DNA of 35,243 nucleotides from a virus (IMGVR_UViG_3300043932_000168:1-35243), one strand, 5' to 3'; positions 10,217-20,010 are shown, numbered from the stretch's first letter. Numbers and translations are program-made. Notes: generated by a model not told the origin, from the letters alone.

Positions 10217-10870
10217 CTAGGCGTTATTTGCAGCTGTATTGCCAGAAACAGCTGTGTTTGAAGTGATGTAAGTTTGACCCGGGAAAACTTCATCGAACAT
10301 TGCTTTTTTATCAAATTTAGGGTCATCTGCGTGGAAGACTGCATACGGTTTACCGCTAAATGGTGCATAATTAAGCGCCGTAAATGTTAAATTATCATCT
10401 TCACGCGTTTCAGCAGTATCAGTATTTGTTTGGACGTTCTGTGCAGTTTCATTAAAAACTCCACGACCAAAGCAAAAATAAATTGACTTATACGTAATTG
10501 GCGATTGAGATTCTATAATTAATCCACATTCAACGGGCATATCGGCATCAATATAGCCGCCTTTTCCATTTGAAACTCGACCTAGAATTTTTTCCTTGAC
10601 CAAGTAATTAATTAAATTAGAATCGACTGCTACAGAAGGTGCTGATGGTGGATTAGACACGTCTACCACCTCATTGTTACCTGGGATCTTTGTTGGTGTC
10701 CCAGACAAGCCAGTGATGTTAGCAGATTTTGTACCTAAATTTCCTTTTGATTTATCTGTATCAATGGCATAAACACCAGCGGCGCTAAGGCCTTGATCCA
10801 CATCCACTACAGTTGAACCATCAGCTGCTTTTAATCCGGTATATAACATTTTTAAACCAATTGCTGCCAT
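10217..10870 (-). CDS. Major tail (tube) protein
   Basis: Position, 217 aa size, strong AGGAGG RBS; sequence resembles lactic-acid-bacterial siphophage tail tube proteins. Confidence 0.88.
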   Translation of the reverse strand: MAAIGLKMLYTGLKAADGSTVVDVDQGLSAAGVYAIDTDKSKGNLGTKSANITGLSGTPTKIPGNNEVVDVSNPPSAPSVAVDSNLINYLVKEKILGRVSNGKGGYIDADMPVECGLIIESQSPITYKSIYFCFGRGVFNETAQNVQTNTDTAETREDDNLTFTALNYAPFSGKPYAVFHADDPKFDKKAMFDEVFPGQTYITSNTAVSGNTAANNA

Positions 10871-10871
10871 G

Positions 10872-11252
10872 TTAAATTTCCTCCTTTGTGTAAATAAACT
10901 TCAGTGTATTTTCAATATTTTGTGTGTCCGGCGTAAGTACGTGACCGGCGTCACTGTTGCAGTACAAGCCGTGATTTAATAACCGCCACTTTACCGCAGT
11001 TTCGATTGCTTCCATGTCCGCCTGATAATCTTTGGGATAATAAAACTCAATTTGAGCTTGTTTTTTAATGCTAATTGGCTGACCGTTACCATAGTTTTGA
11101 CTGTAATCTGGCAATTCTGTAATCAGCAAAATCGGGTCGGTAGTATTAGAATCGTTGCCAATAGAAAAAGCATGGATATGCTCCACACTTAAATTCGGTA
11201 ACTGTTCGATTTCGTCAGCCAAAATATTTCTAACATAGCTTGCTGAAGTCAT
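10872..11252 (-). CDS. Tail terminator (DUF806-like)
   Basis: Synteny before the major tail gene; QIEFYY motif. Confidence 0.7.
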   Translation of the reverse strand: MTSASYVRNILADEIEQLPNLSVEHIHAFSIGNDSNTTDPILLITELPDYSQNYGNGQPISIKKQAQIEFYYPKDYQADMEAIETAVKWRLLNHGLYCNSDAGHVLTPDTQNIENTLKFIYTKEEI

Positions 11253-11686
11253 GCGCCACCACGCACCTTTCGATCAAGTTCTTGCTTGATTACTGAGCTG
11301 ACGGCCGCTCCAACTTTGCCCTTAGCTTCTCGCTGTGTCGCTTCCCAGAAATGTTTACCGGCAACTGGCACATACGTCTTCCCAGATTTATCTTTCGGTG
11401 TCCAGCCATCGTTTTGAAAACGTCCAATATAGCCCTTATTACTCTCACTAGTAAAGCCAACGTTAACTGCACCATTTGGCTGTTCAACCTTGAGTAGTGC
11501 GTCACGCAAATGAACTTTTTCGCCTTTCCGTAACTTAGTACTTTCCGGAATTTTTGGCTTCATAATTTGCGCAAAGGTTTCTGCACCTGCCTTATTAGCA
11601 GCAAATTTCTCCATGTGACCAAAGCCTTGGGCTAGATTATCCAAAATATGATCAAAGCTGGCTTCATTTTTAATCTCATTAGCCAT
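11249..11686 (-). CDS. HK97 gp10-like tail completion/neck protein
   Basis: HLRD, YIGRFQNDG and GKHFWE motifs; synteny. Confidence 0.78.
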   Translation of the reverse strand: MANEIKNEASFDHILDNLAQGFGHMEKFAANKAGAETFAQIMKPKIPESTKLRKGEKVHLRDALLKVEQPNGAVNVGFTSESNKGYIGRFQNDGWTPKDKSGKTYVPVAGKHFWEATQREAKGKVGAAVSSVIKQELDRKVRGGA

Positions 11687-12041
11687 GATTTACCTCCCAT
11701 TTATGACAAGTGATCAAGTCATAACCGTCTGGTGGCAGACCATCATCAAAATTAACATTGTCAATTTGATAAACTTGCTTGCCATCTTTTCTCAGTAATA
11801 TGCCTTCTTCAACTTCCAAATTATGGCGAATAAAGAATACAGCCACATTTTTAGCGGCCATACCGGCTAAACTAAGTGACTGCTCCAGTGACAGTGTCCA
11901 TTGCCCTGCCCACAGTGTAAATTGTGGGACAAAGCCTTGAATAGGCTCGCCCGTATTTTGATTAATGACATCAGTTGCAGATTCTGTGCCGAATTCTAAT
12001 CGCAAATACATTCGCGATGGATTAATTGCCTTGGTCATCAC
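11679..12041 (-). CDS. Head closure / head-tail adaptor (SPP1 gp16-like)
   Basis: Synteny; FFIRH...YQIDNV...YDLIT pattern. Confidence 0.78.
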   Translation of the reverse strand: MMTKAINPSRMYLRLEFGTESATDVINQNTGEPIQGFVPQFTLWAGQWTLSLEQSLSLAGMAAKNVAVFFIRHNLEVEEGILLRKDGKQVYQIDNVNFDDGLPPDGYDLITCHKWEVNHG

Positions 12042-12393
12042 TAGTCACCTCGCTTTGTTCTGCATAAATCCCCCGCAACTGACCAACAATCGAATTGACT
12101 GTTAAGTCAACTGGCAGCGCGGCAATGGCTGATAAGGACGCACGGTAGGTGTAATAAGTGGATGCTAGTGCTAATACGGCTGTATTAAACAAATTGATGA
12201 CTTCAGGCAAACTGTAAAAATTTGTTACATTGTTCTCTGATCCAATGGCCGATTTGATATAACTCTCCGCAGCCAGTAAATAGCCTTTAAGCAAAGCATC
12301 GTCAGCAGTGCTGTCAATTCTCAGTGATAGTTTTAAACTATTTAAGCTAGCTACTGTTATAATAGCAGCGTCTGAATTGCTATCTACTACCAT
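12022..12393 (-). CDS. Head-tail connector (HK97 gp6-like)
   Basis: LKLSLRID...DDALL...AAESYI motif. Confidence 0.85.
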   Translation of the reverse strand: MVVDSNSDAAIITVASLNSLKLSLRIDSTADDALLKGYLLAAESYIKSAIGSENNVTNFYSLPEVINLFNTAVLALASTYYTYRASLSAIAALPVDLTVNSIVGQLRGIYAEQSEVTSDDQGN

Positions 12394-12404
12394 TTAAATC
12401 ACTC

Positions 12405-12737
12405 CTAACTTGCTGCCGTAATAGTTACAGCAACCGAAGCCTTGAAAGTGCCACTAGTAAATGTGACAGTTGCTGAACCAGCTGCAATACCAGTGATATC
12501 AAAACCACCAGCGCTATTAACTTTAACAGTAGCAATCTTGTCATCACTAGATGCCGCTGTAGTTGCTGAAACAATTGCTGTAGCATTATCGGCGTCAGCT
12601 GGATCAGCTGTAACCGTCACGGTCTTAATTGCGCCAACTGCTTCACTTAACGTTTTCTGACTGGTCAATAAACCAGTTGCTGGATTGGTGGTTGATGTTG
12701 ACGTGCCATCGTCACTTCCAGATGGCGCTGTTATTTT
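12405..12737 (-). CDS. Ig-like (Big_2-type) domain, probable -1 frameshift extension of the major capsid protein
   Basis: SSDDKIATV...ITGIAAGSATVT motif. The frame is open back through the capsid stop and includes a Ser/Thr/Gly linker. No RBS is visible before TTG 12668. Confidence 0.75.
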   Translation of the reverse strand, partial: KITAPSGSDDGTSTSTTNPATGLLTSQKTLSEAVGAIKTVTVTADPADADNATAIVSATTAASSDDKIATVKVNSAGGFDITGIAAGSATVTFTSGTFKASVAVTITAAS

Positions 12738-13963
12738 GACGCCGCAACTAAATTACCTGGTTGATCTTCGATTGTCGTGAACGTACCCATAACCATTGCT
12801 TCATCGTCAGCTTGTTGAACATCAAAGCGATCAATAACCCGAATTTTAGTGCTGTCGTTTTCAAAAGCACCACCACCAATGTTAGTGGTCAGCAAGCTCA
12901 TTTGTTCGCGATCAAACAGCGTAGCAAATTGTTTAGAGTCACCGAAATAGAGTGGGTGCTCGTTAACTGGCGCGTCGGCTGTGCCGGTGTTAACATCTGG
13001 CATCCAGCGATCACCGACAACATGGACAGCCTTGCCACCGATTGTCCATTGATCTGGTTGGGTTGGATCACGCTGTAATAAATAACCGCCCATTGCGTTC
13101 TTAATCTTAGCCAAAACGCCTAAACCGCTTTGGTTAGTGATAAAGCTAGAAGTTGTCAGCAATGCAGGGTCGAGTTTGGTCAACTCTAAATCCTTAATGT
13201 CATCAAATTTCGTCAATGGCACTTGCTTGGCGGTATTGAATACTTTCAAAATTGCTGCATTGCGAGTGACAACAACTTTCTTGGCAATCCATTGTGATAA
13301 CCACGTGATGATGTTTTCGGCTGTGTCTTTTAATAACGTATTTGTAATAGTTGTGATTCCCGCATAACGATGAATTAAGTACTTGATCGTATGCAAACGA
13401 GGATCGTCGTTATCACCAATTTTGGCCGTTTCATCATCAAGATTAGTTAACGGAGTAACGTCAGTCCATTTTTCATAAACGCGGGAACCATTTGGCATTG
13501 AAGTCGCTTCACGGTTAACGTATTGCTCTAAAGCGTCATATTGCCGCACTAAAGTGTGAATTGTTGTCTGAATGTCGTCCGGAATAGTTAAGCCAATGGC
13601 ATCACCGTTCGCGTCGGTTGAGGACGTCACCATATTCACTACTTTAGGGTCGCCCTTGATCATGGCCTTAAAGTCTTTGATAAATTGGGTTTTCTTACTC
13701 TCATAATTTTTGCTAGGGTTAACTGGTTTTGGTTCATTAGACTGATTGGCCGCACTAGCTTGAGCAGTCTCCAACTGTTCCTTCAAAGCATCACGTTGCG
13801 CCGCGGCAGTGTCATGTTTTTCTTTCAAATCCTTGTAATCTTCTACTTTAAAACCGTCGTCTAAAGCGGCAGCGGCCAATTTATCGCCCAAATCAGACAC
13901 CTCTTGCCCTTTAGCAATCCATGCCTGATTTAGCTTATTGATATTTTCATTTTTAACGATCAT
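12731..13963 (-). CDS. Major capsid protein, HK97 fold
   Basis: N-terminal coiled-coil delta domain; GLTIPDDIQT, LYFGD and RFD motifs. Confidence 0.95.
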   Translation of the reverse strand: MIVKNENINKLNQAWIAKGQEVSDLGDKLAAAALDDGFKVEDYKDLKEKHDTAAAQRDALKEQLETAQASAANQSNEPKPVNPSKNYESKKTQFIKDFKAMIKGDPKVVNMVTSSTDANGDAIGLTIPDDIQTTIHTLVRQYDALEQYVNREATSMPNGSRVYEKWTDVTPLTNLDDETAKIGDNDDPRLHTIKYLIHRYAGITTITNTLLKDTAENIITWLSQWIAKKVVVTRNAAILKVFNTAKQVPLTKFDDIKDLELTKLDPALLTTSSFITNQSGLGVLAKIKNAMGGYLLQRDPTQPDQWTIGGKAVHVVGDRWMPDVNTGTADAPVNEHPLYFGDSKQFATLFDREQMSLLTTNIGGGAFENDSTKIRVIDRFDVQQADDEAMVMGTFTTIEDQPGNLVAASK

Positions 13964-13976
13964 TTAGCTTTCCTCC

Positions 13977-14720
13977 TTATTTTTTGCCAAACAAAATAGC
14001 CAGCTTCTGATTTTTTAAATCAGCCTGCTGACTAGTGATTTTGTTATCAATTTGTGGTGCTGCCTTATTAGCAGTAATTGATGCCATTAGTGCTTGCCAT
14101 TTCGTCACTGCTTGCTTTGGCACAATAGTACCGGCACTGGCAAAGGCTTGCAGCGCTTGTTGCTGTTTCTCTGGCTCTTTTTCGTCAAAAGTCAAAATAG
14201 AATCAGCGAAACCGTATTTGACAGCGTCATTGGCGCCAAGCCAAGTTTCTTTACTCATCAAATTAAGTAAGTCACCAGAACTCATGCCCGTTTTAGCTTC
14301 ATAGGCGTTAGCAATAGATTGATCAATGCCATCGAGGACCTGCGATTCATGAGCTAAGTCTTCTGAATTTCCTTGCATTCCCGACCAAGCTTTGTGAATC
14401 ATGATCTGTGCTGTTGGCGAAATTTGAACGTTATCCGCGGCAACGGCAATTACAGATGCGGCACTAGCCGCCAAGCCCTGAATTACTGCAGAAACTTTAG
14501 CTGTGCTTGACTTAAGTTGCGTATAGATTTCCGAAGCAGCGAACACGTCACCACCATTAGAAGCAATCTGTAATTCAACGGTATCGCCGGTTTGAACTTT
14601 AGCTAGCTGATCGCCAACCTTTTTTGGACTAACATAATTAGTCATCCCGAAAAAATCATAAAAATCAGCGGTATTGTTATCAATCACATCACTTTTGATT
14701 GGGATCACGATTTTGGTCAT
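13977..14720 (-). CDS. ClpP-like prohead maturation protease
   Basis: SNGGDV, GLAASAAS, MIH and ETWL motifs; ATG 14720 with GGAGG RBS. Confidence 0.93.
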   Translation of the reverse strand: MTKIVIPIKSDVIDNNTADFYDFFGMTNYVSPKKVGDQLAKVQTGDTVELQIASNGGDVFAASEIYTQLKSSTAKVSAVIQGLAASAASVIAVAADNVQISPTAQIMIHKAWSGMQGNSEDLAHESQVLDGIDQSIANAYEAKTGMSSGDLLNLMSKETWLGANDAVKYGFADSILTFDEKEPEKQQQALQAFASAGTIVPKQAVTKWQALMASITANKAAPQIDNKITSQQADLKNQKLAILFGKK

Positions 14721-15882
14721 CTGGATCACCTCCCTTCACTGGCAATGTGGTTACTGGTGCTGCATCTGGCATATCATCACTAAAATAGCCAGTTTCCTTT
14801 AAAATCCAGAGTGCTTGTCCAGTATCGACCACACCATTTTTCTTGAGGTTAGCAATCTGATTAGCATACGTATCGCCATTAGCGTCAATGGCAGGCCGTA
14901 AATTAGTGCTGATACGCGCAATTAATTTGTTATTAAGTTCGGAAACAATAGCTTGTGCGTAACGATTTAAGGCGTTGGCATACATACCTTGAATCATAGG
15001 TAGAGACGACTGTTGATCGCCTTGACCGTTTAAATAGCTGTCAGGAATACCATAAACTTTAGCAATTTGCTTTGAAGTCCAGTCTGTTTGAGCTAGCAAA
15101 CCAGCGATATCACTTTTAATTTCGAGTGGTGTCCATTCTTCTAGGTCATCAATTACAATTGGACCACCATTTGAATGACTGACTTGCTGCATAAATTGAC
15201 GCGATCGCGCCGCCTTTTTCTTAGCATCAAGCAAACCGCCCTTCGTTTCCTTCAAAACACCAGGCGCTAGAATGGACTTCGCCAAAGCCGCGAGTGTTAA
15301 CCGGTTGGATTGCTTCTTGATTTCCAACTCACTGTGCAAAGCGTTTAGTGGGCTGACACCGACCATACCGCCAGAATCACTCATTAAACGAAAATGTAAG
15401 ACGTTGGCTTGCGGTTCATATTGTTTAACGCCTTCACTTGGTTCATCAAAAGTAATCGTATAGAGCAACCCATTGCCGTTATTCTGCAAAAATGTGCTTA
15501 CCTGCGACGGTCTCAGATACTCTAATCGCTGTAACATTCCGTTACGGTTGCGCCAGATATAGGCAAAAGACTCACCAGCAATTAACAACTGACTAAACAT
15601 AGCCTGCCAAAAGGCATGACCATTAGTCGTTGCGCTTGGATTATCTAGAAAGCTTTGAATCTGCGGTTTGTCTGCAACTAATTTAGAACTAGCTAAGTCA
15701 CCACTAATTGTTGAGATCACGCTATATAAATCCGAATTGTGCAAAGCCTTGGTTGCAGAAACATAATGATTCTCACCGTCCGGATTTAAATAATTAATAG
15801 TACTTGGATCGCCAAAAGCAATATCTTGGCCGCCAGCTGATAATAAATTGCGAAAATTATGCGGATTAAATAGCGGCATCAA
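14689..15882 (-). CDS. Portal protein, HK97 family
   Basis: LLIAGESF, VLHFR, GVSPL and IAKVYGIP motifs. Confidence 0.95.
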   Translation of the reverse strand: MMPLFNPHNFRNLLSAGGQDIAFGDPSTINYLNPDGENHYVSATKALHNSDLYSVISTISGDLASSKLVADKPQIQSFLDNPSATTNGHAFWQAMFSQLLIAGESFAYIWRNRNGMLQRLEYLRPSQVSTFLQNNGNGLLYTITFDEPSEGVKQYEPQANVLHFRLMSDSGGMVGVSPLNALHSELEIKKQSNRLTLAALAKSILAPGVLKETKGGLLDAKKKAARSRQFMQQVSHSNGGPIVIDDLEEWTPLEIKSDIAGLLAQTDWTSKQIAKVYGIPDSYLNGQGDQQSSLPMIQGMYANALNRYAQAIVSELNNKLIARISTNLRPAIDANGDTYANQIANLKKNGVVDTGQALWILKETGYFSDDMPDAAPVTTLPVKGGDPDDQNRDPNQK

Positions 15883-16088
15883 CTACCACCTCCCTTTTTG
15901 AAATAAACAATTTCCGCCAACCACCCCATAACGGCCAACGAAATTGCTGTGACGATACCACCCCAAAACCAACTTGCGCAGTAGACTGTGACGTCCAGTA
16001 AAACGATCGCGGCCAAATAAAAAAGCCCGTCAACAACGCTGACAAGCTTGTGCTTAACGTTATTTAATAATTTTCTACCAATCATCAT
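15879..16088 (-). CDS. Small two-TM membrane protein between terL and portal (DUF1056-like)
   Basis: Two hydrophobic segments; position conserved in LAB cos-type phages; start uncertain. Confidence 0.65.
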   Translation of the reverse strand: MMIGRKLLNNVKHKLVSVVDGLFYLAAIVLLDVTVYCASWFWGGIVTAISLAVMGWLAEIVYFKKGGGS

Positions 16089-17982
16089 CACCACCGCCTT
16101 CATCTAGTAACCCAGAATCTGGATTTTTAAACCAGTCCAGTACTTCTTGATCGCTCATTCGTTCGACTTGTTTCGCTGGGTTATTAACGTCCGCAAAATC
16201 TTCAAAATGGTACATCCCTTGGTAAAGCGCATCAATCAAGGCATCGACCACATCAATTTTTAAAGTAGCCGCTGCTTTATCAACTTGAATTCCGATCTTG
16301 TCTTCATAAATTTGTGCATTGATTAAGGCCTTTTCCATAATTCGATCGTCTAGCCGGCTGATTGAGCTTTCGACAAAAGCCGATTGTAAGAATTTTGTCG
16401 GGTCTTTCAGCTCACTGGTGCGCTGCCGAATATCTTCAATTGGCCACTGAACATTTAGTTCAAGCTGTTTGGTCACATTAGTCGCGCCCCACGAATCATA
16501 GCCAAAAAATAAAACGTCCAAGCTGTGATCCTCAACAAAATTTAACAGCCATTGATAAACTTGGTCATCATTAATTAATCCTTGTGGGTGACTAGTGATC
16601 GTACAAAATCCTTTAGCCGCTAGCTCCCGATAATTAATGCCATCTTGTTTTTCCTTAGCGTCAATTGAACCTGCCTTTTGCCACGGAATAAATGAGTGCT
16701 GCCGTAAATGCCACATTCGCTTACCTGTGATCGGATCGCTATACGGAAAAGCAAAGCCGATCGCAGTATTGTCGGAAAACATGGAGTAATCGTAACCGAT
16801 ATAGACTTGTCGGTTTTCAATTTCAAAATCTGGAATAATCGCCCGTTCAATATCAGCAAGTTTTAAGTATGAGTTTGTAGCTTCTTGTAGCCAGAGATTT
16901 AAATTTTTGTTCTGAAAGTCATTAAGCTCGCCGGTCATACTATCGCTATCTCGTTTGCCAGTTAAGCCTGCAAGCAATTGACTAGACTTATTTTTCAGTC
17001 CTAGTAGCGGATTAGATTTTATCCAAGTTTCCGGTTTATAGGTTTCGTCAAGCGAATCTTGACACCAGATCAAACATAAATAATCATCAGCCTTACGATC
17101 AAAATCCTGTTCCATGGTTTGCTGCATCATTTTTTCGTCATCATGAAACGGCACCGACGGGTCTGGATAAGCAGTGGATATCTGGATAAATTGATGATTC
17201 TCTACGTCGACTTGACCAGAGATAATCTTGGATATTTTTTGTCGTGTTTTCAGTTCACCAATCTCGTCAAAGACCGCGGTTTTAAAATGGAAACTATCAT
17301 ACTGTCCAGATTCATGGCTGATTGCTCGCAAAACATTATTGACCTTAGTCATAATAATCTGGTCGCTTTGTGATCCCAGCAATTTAGAATTTAATCCGTT
17401 TTGTACCGCATATGATTTAAACGGTTCGATATCTAAAATCTTGCGTAGCATTGATTTAACGTAACCCAGTAGTTTACTAGTCTGTTTAAAGTTAATAGAT
17501 GCCACTAAATAGTCCTGGTTAGATAGTCCCATCGATTCAATTAGATAACTATAAACGGTAACGATCGCCATTAAATATGTTTTGCCTTGCGCACGGGCAA
17601 CTGAAACAATAGCACGGGCGAAACGCTTGCCGCCTAAATTATTGCGCCAACCAAATAATTGAGCTAACACAAAATTTTCCCATGGCATTAATTTACTGGG
17701 CTTTCCAGTATCAACGTCGGGACAAATCTTAGCGAACTTCAAAATCTTATTCGCATCGGGCACGCTATAAGAATACGGAAAATCAGGGCTACCCTGCCGC
17801 TGCAGATCACGTAAGTGGCGAAAAGCTGCTAGCTTAATAAAATAGCCGGTAACCACTTTTTCGTCTAAAACATCAAAAGCATATTTGGTTCCTATATCCT
17901 GATATTGTTCACGAGTTGTAGAAAAATCAATTGCCTGATAAGCGCCCAACACATCACGTGTTTGGGTTAGGTCAATTTTCAT
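16075..17982 (-). CDS. terL: Terminase large subunit
   Basis: Walker A ARAQGKT, Walker B AVFDE, ISTA coupling motif, nuclease motifs GYDYS and KIDVVDA. Confidence 0.96.
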   Translation of the reverse strand: MKIDLTQTRDVLGAYQAIDFSTTREQYQDIGTKYAFDVLDEKVVTGYFIKLAAFRHLRDLQRQGSPDFPYSYSVPDANKILKFAKICPDVDTGKPSKLMPWENFVLAQLFGWRNNLGGKRFARAIVSVARAQGKTYLMAIVTVYSYLIESMGLSNQDYLVASINFKQTSKLLGYVKSMLRKILDIEPFKSYAVQNGLNSKLLGSQSDQIIMTKVNNVLRAISHESGQYDSFHFKTAVFDEIGELKTRQKISKIISGQVDVENHQFIQISTAYPDPSVPFHDDEKMMQQTMEQDFDRKADDYLCLIWCQDSLDETYKPETWIKSNPLLGLKNKSSQLLAGLTGKRDSDSMTGELNDFQNKNLNLWLQEATNSYLKLADIERAIIPDFEIENRQVYIGYDYSMFSDNTAIGFAFPYSDPITGKRMWHLRQHSFIPWQKAGSIDAKEKQDGINYRELAAKGFCTITSHPQGLINDDQVYQWLLNFVEDHSLDVLFFGYDSWGATNVTKQLELNVQWPIEDIRQRTSELKDPTKFLQSAFVESSISRLDDRIMEKALINAQIYEDKIGIQVDKAAATLKIDVVDALIDALYQGMYHFEDFADVNNPAKQVERMSDQEVLDWFKNPDSGLLDEGGGDDDW

Positions 17983-18439
17983 TAGCGAAGAACTCCTTTA
18001 ACTGATCGGCAACCGAGCCTTCATTTTTCTTTTCGTCGGGAATAATTTCCATTAATTCAGCGCGACTTTTGGGTGACAATCCAAGCTCAGAACCAACTTT
18101 GGCTAGGTTCTTAATTGCCGAATCATAAATGGAAGTCATTGGATTACGCTTATAACCGACAAAATCAGTTCCAATTTTTTCACCTGCCGCATTTTGCACG
18201 GTTTTATAAATTGCTTGAACTTCATGATGATCTCGAATATGTTTGTATGCGTTCCGATAAATTTCATACTGAGTTGCATACATTTCGACCAGGTTACTGT
18301 CCGGTCGCTTAACATTTGATTGCTCTTCTAAAAAAGGGACAATTTTGCGCCATGCTATTTTAGCTTGACGGCCTAAATAATCGGGCGGTGTTCGTGATAA
18401 TTTCCCGTGATTGATATCTTTATCGGCCTTTTTGACCAA
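17972..18439 (-). CDS. terS: Terminase small subunit, P27 family
   Basis: PPDYL, KRNP and ELGLSPKSR motifs; TTG start with AAAGGAGG RBS. Confidence 0.92.
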   Translation of the reverse strand: MVKKADKDINHGKLSRTPPDYLGRQAKIAWRKIVPFLEEQSNVKRPDSNLVEMYATQYEIYRNAYKHIRDHHEVQAIYKTVQNAAGEKIGTDFVGYKRNPMTSIYDSAIKNLAKVGSELGLSPKSRAELMEIIPDEKKNEGSVADQLKEFFANEN

Positions 18440-18454
18440 AATTGTCACCTCCTT

Positions 18455-18635
18455 TAAATTGATTGACCCCCCTAGGATAAAATTATTAAAAATTGGTTTC
18501 TGCCAAGAGACGCGGGTAATGTGTGCGCTCTGCTGAAATCAATTATAAGGGGGGCTATTGAATTTTAATCTTGCTTTCGACTAACTATACTCATAAATTT
18601 AAAGTCGCTTAAATCGCACGATAGGTGCCAATAAA
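18455..18635. other. Probable cos packaging region
   Basis: Non-coding gap between HNH and terS with GC-rich patches (C6 and G6 runs around GTGTGCGCTC). Called by position in HK97-type phages; exact cut site not determined. Confidence 0.5.
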
Positions 18636-19145
18636 TCAATTGTTCATCAACACAACGATTGACGATACATCATTGATTGGCGTTACTTCTTTAAGCCCAT
18701 TGCCTTGGCCTGTGCCATAAGTTAGTTGTTCCCAATCCGTCTTGATACGATGACAAGCACCGCATATCACAGCCAAGTTATCAACGTCTGCTTTAAGCTT
18801 GCTGTCGAACTCGATTGGTACAATGTGATCAACCGTCTTTGCTGGTGTCAGCTTGCCTTGCAGTTTACAGTACCGACACAAGTAATGGTCACGCTCTAAT
18901 ACTTGCTGCCTGAGGTGTGCCCATTGTCGTGTCCGATAGAAATTATACTGCTGTTGCTTGCCATCACTGCGCTTACGTGTGACTGTGTTGTACTTATGTG
19001 AGTACTGCTTATCGTGTGACCTAGCCCAACGCTGTCTGCTTGCTAAGTACTCTGCTTCGTGCTCATAGTGCTGCTTGCAGTAATGATCTGGTAGATCAAC
19101 CATTGCATGGCAGCCAGGCTGTCTACAGCGTCTCACTTTAGACAT
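18636..19145 (-). CDS. Terminase-associated HNH endonuclease (HK97 gp74-like)
   Basis: CRYC...VDHIVP...NL...CGACH...K; adjacent to terS. Confidence 0.92.
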   Translation of the reverse strand: MSKVRRCRQPGCHAMVDLPDHYCKQHYEHEAEYLASRQRWARSHDKQYSHKYNTVTRKRSDGKQQQYNFYRTRQWAHLRQQVLERDHYLCRYCKLQGKLTPAKTVDHIVPIEFDSKLKADVDNLAVICGACHRIKTDWEQLTYGTGQGNGLKEVTPINDVSSIVVLMNN

Positions 19146-19296
19146 GATCATCTACCCGATAGCTATTAACAAATGTTTCCTTTAGTCTGTCTGTTGCCTC
19201 AATCGCATCCACAATTGGTAAGCCGTCCTTGTGTGTTAACATTCCGTCTAATACTTCAGTAATTAAATCCAAGTCTTGTTTTAAATCATCACTCAC
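19138..19296 (-). CDS. Hypothetical protein
   Basis: In-frame GTG 19296 with AAGGAG RBS; stop overlaps the HNH start. Confidence 0.6.
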   Translation of the reverse strand: MSDDLKQDLDLITEVLDGMLTHKDGLPIVDAIEATDRLKETFVNSYRVDDHV

Positions 19297-19316
19297 ACTA
19301 ATCATCTCCTTTACAT

Positions 19317-19348
19317 AATAAAAAGGCACCCACAATGTGAGCACCTCT
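19317..19348 (-). terminator. Putative intrinsic terminator in late leader
   Basis: Minus strand AGGTGCTCAC-ATT-GTGGGTGCCT followed by TTTTATT; stem includes G-U pairs. Confidence 0.5.
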
Positions 19349-19444
19349 TATTGCTAAGCCGCCGCAAGGAGTTGCACCTAACGGCGGTCATGTTGAGAAT
19401 TGGATCATTTAATTAAGTATTGTTTTAATATCCATCTATCAACA

Positions 19445-19542
19445 CTAATATAATAACGCCTATTTAAGGTTAAAACGGACACACATAGCCTACTAAAAAC
19501 CTATCAGAAGTCTACTAAAAGCCTATCGAAAGCCTATGAAAA
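19445..19542 (-). promoter_or_regulatory. Putative ArpU-activated late promoter with five 11-bp direct repeats
   Basis: Units gcctactaaaa/acctatcagaa/gtctactaaaa/gcctatcgaaa/gcctatgaaaa at 19488-19542, directly after the arpU stop; minus-strand TATTAT (-10-like) near 19450-19455. Confidence 0.65.
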
Positions 19543-19545
19543 GGT

Positions 19546-19953
19546 TTATTTAAACACCAATAATTCCTCATACTGAAATGCTTCAGCGAATACAATAATG
19601 GCTTTTTTCTTAGCTTTATCAAACGTTGACTTAGCCATATTCATTTCGTAAGCCATTTCTACATTACTCAGATTGCCTTGAATATATTGACCGTTTATAA
19701 TGGCCCGACTGTCAGCATCAAGCGTTGCTACAGCATTAAGTATCGCTGGCACTTCTTCAGCAGCTATTAATCGCTCTTGAATTCGCTGCTCATTATGATT
19801 ATCGACTGACTGGCTTCGTGGCATACCATTCATCGTTGGCGACTGCAAAACGGTCAACTTACGACCAGCAATCCGCTTTAAACTGTGGTAACTGCGTAAC
19901 AGTTTCTTTGTCCTAGCACATGTCGCATCTCTATCTAAATTGTCTAGTATCAC
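19546..19953 (-). CDS. ArpU-family late transcriptional activator
   Basis: LQSPTMNGMP motif, C-terminal sigma4-like HTH and FAEAF; last gene before packaging module. Confidence 0.88.
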   Translation of the reverse strand: MILDNLDRDATCARTKKLLRSYHSLKRIAGRKLTVLQSPTMNGMPRSQSVDNHNEQRIQERLIAAEEVPAILNAVATLDADSRAIINGQYIQGNLSNVEMAYEMNMAKSTFDKAKKKAIIVFAEAFQYEELLVFK

Positions 19954-20010
19954 TGCAATCGCCCCTGTGTTAAAATTAAGTGTCGATTAATTAAAAATAA
20001 GAACGACTGC

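Noticed and set aside
10145-10230. Frameshift extension of the major tail protein
   Set aside because: Only 72 bp before the next gene, so no room for an added domain
19359-19387. tRNA gene
   Set aside because: Only a T-arm/acceptor-like minihelix; no D or anticodon arm
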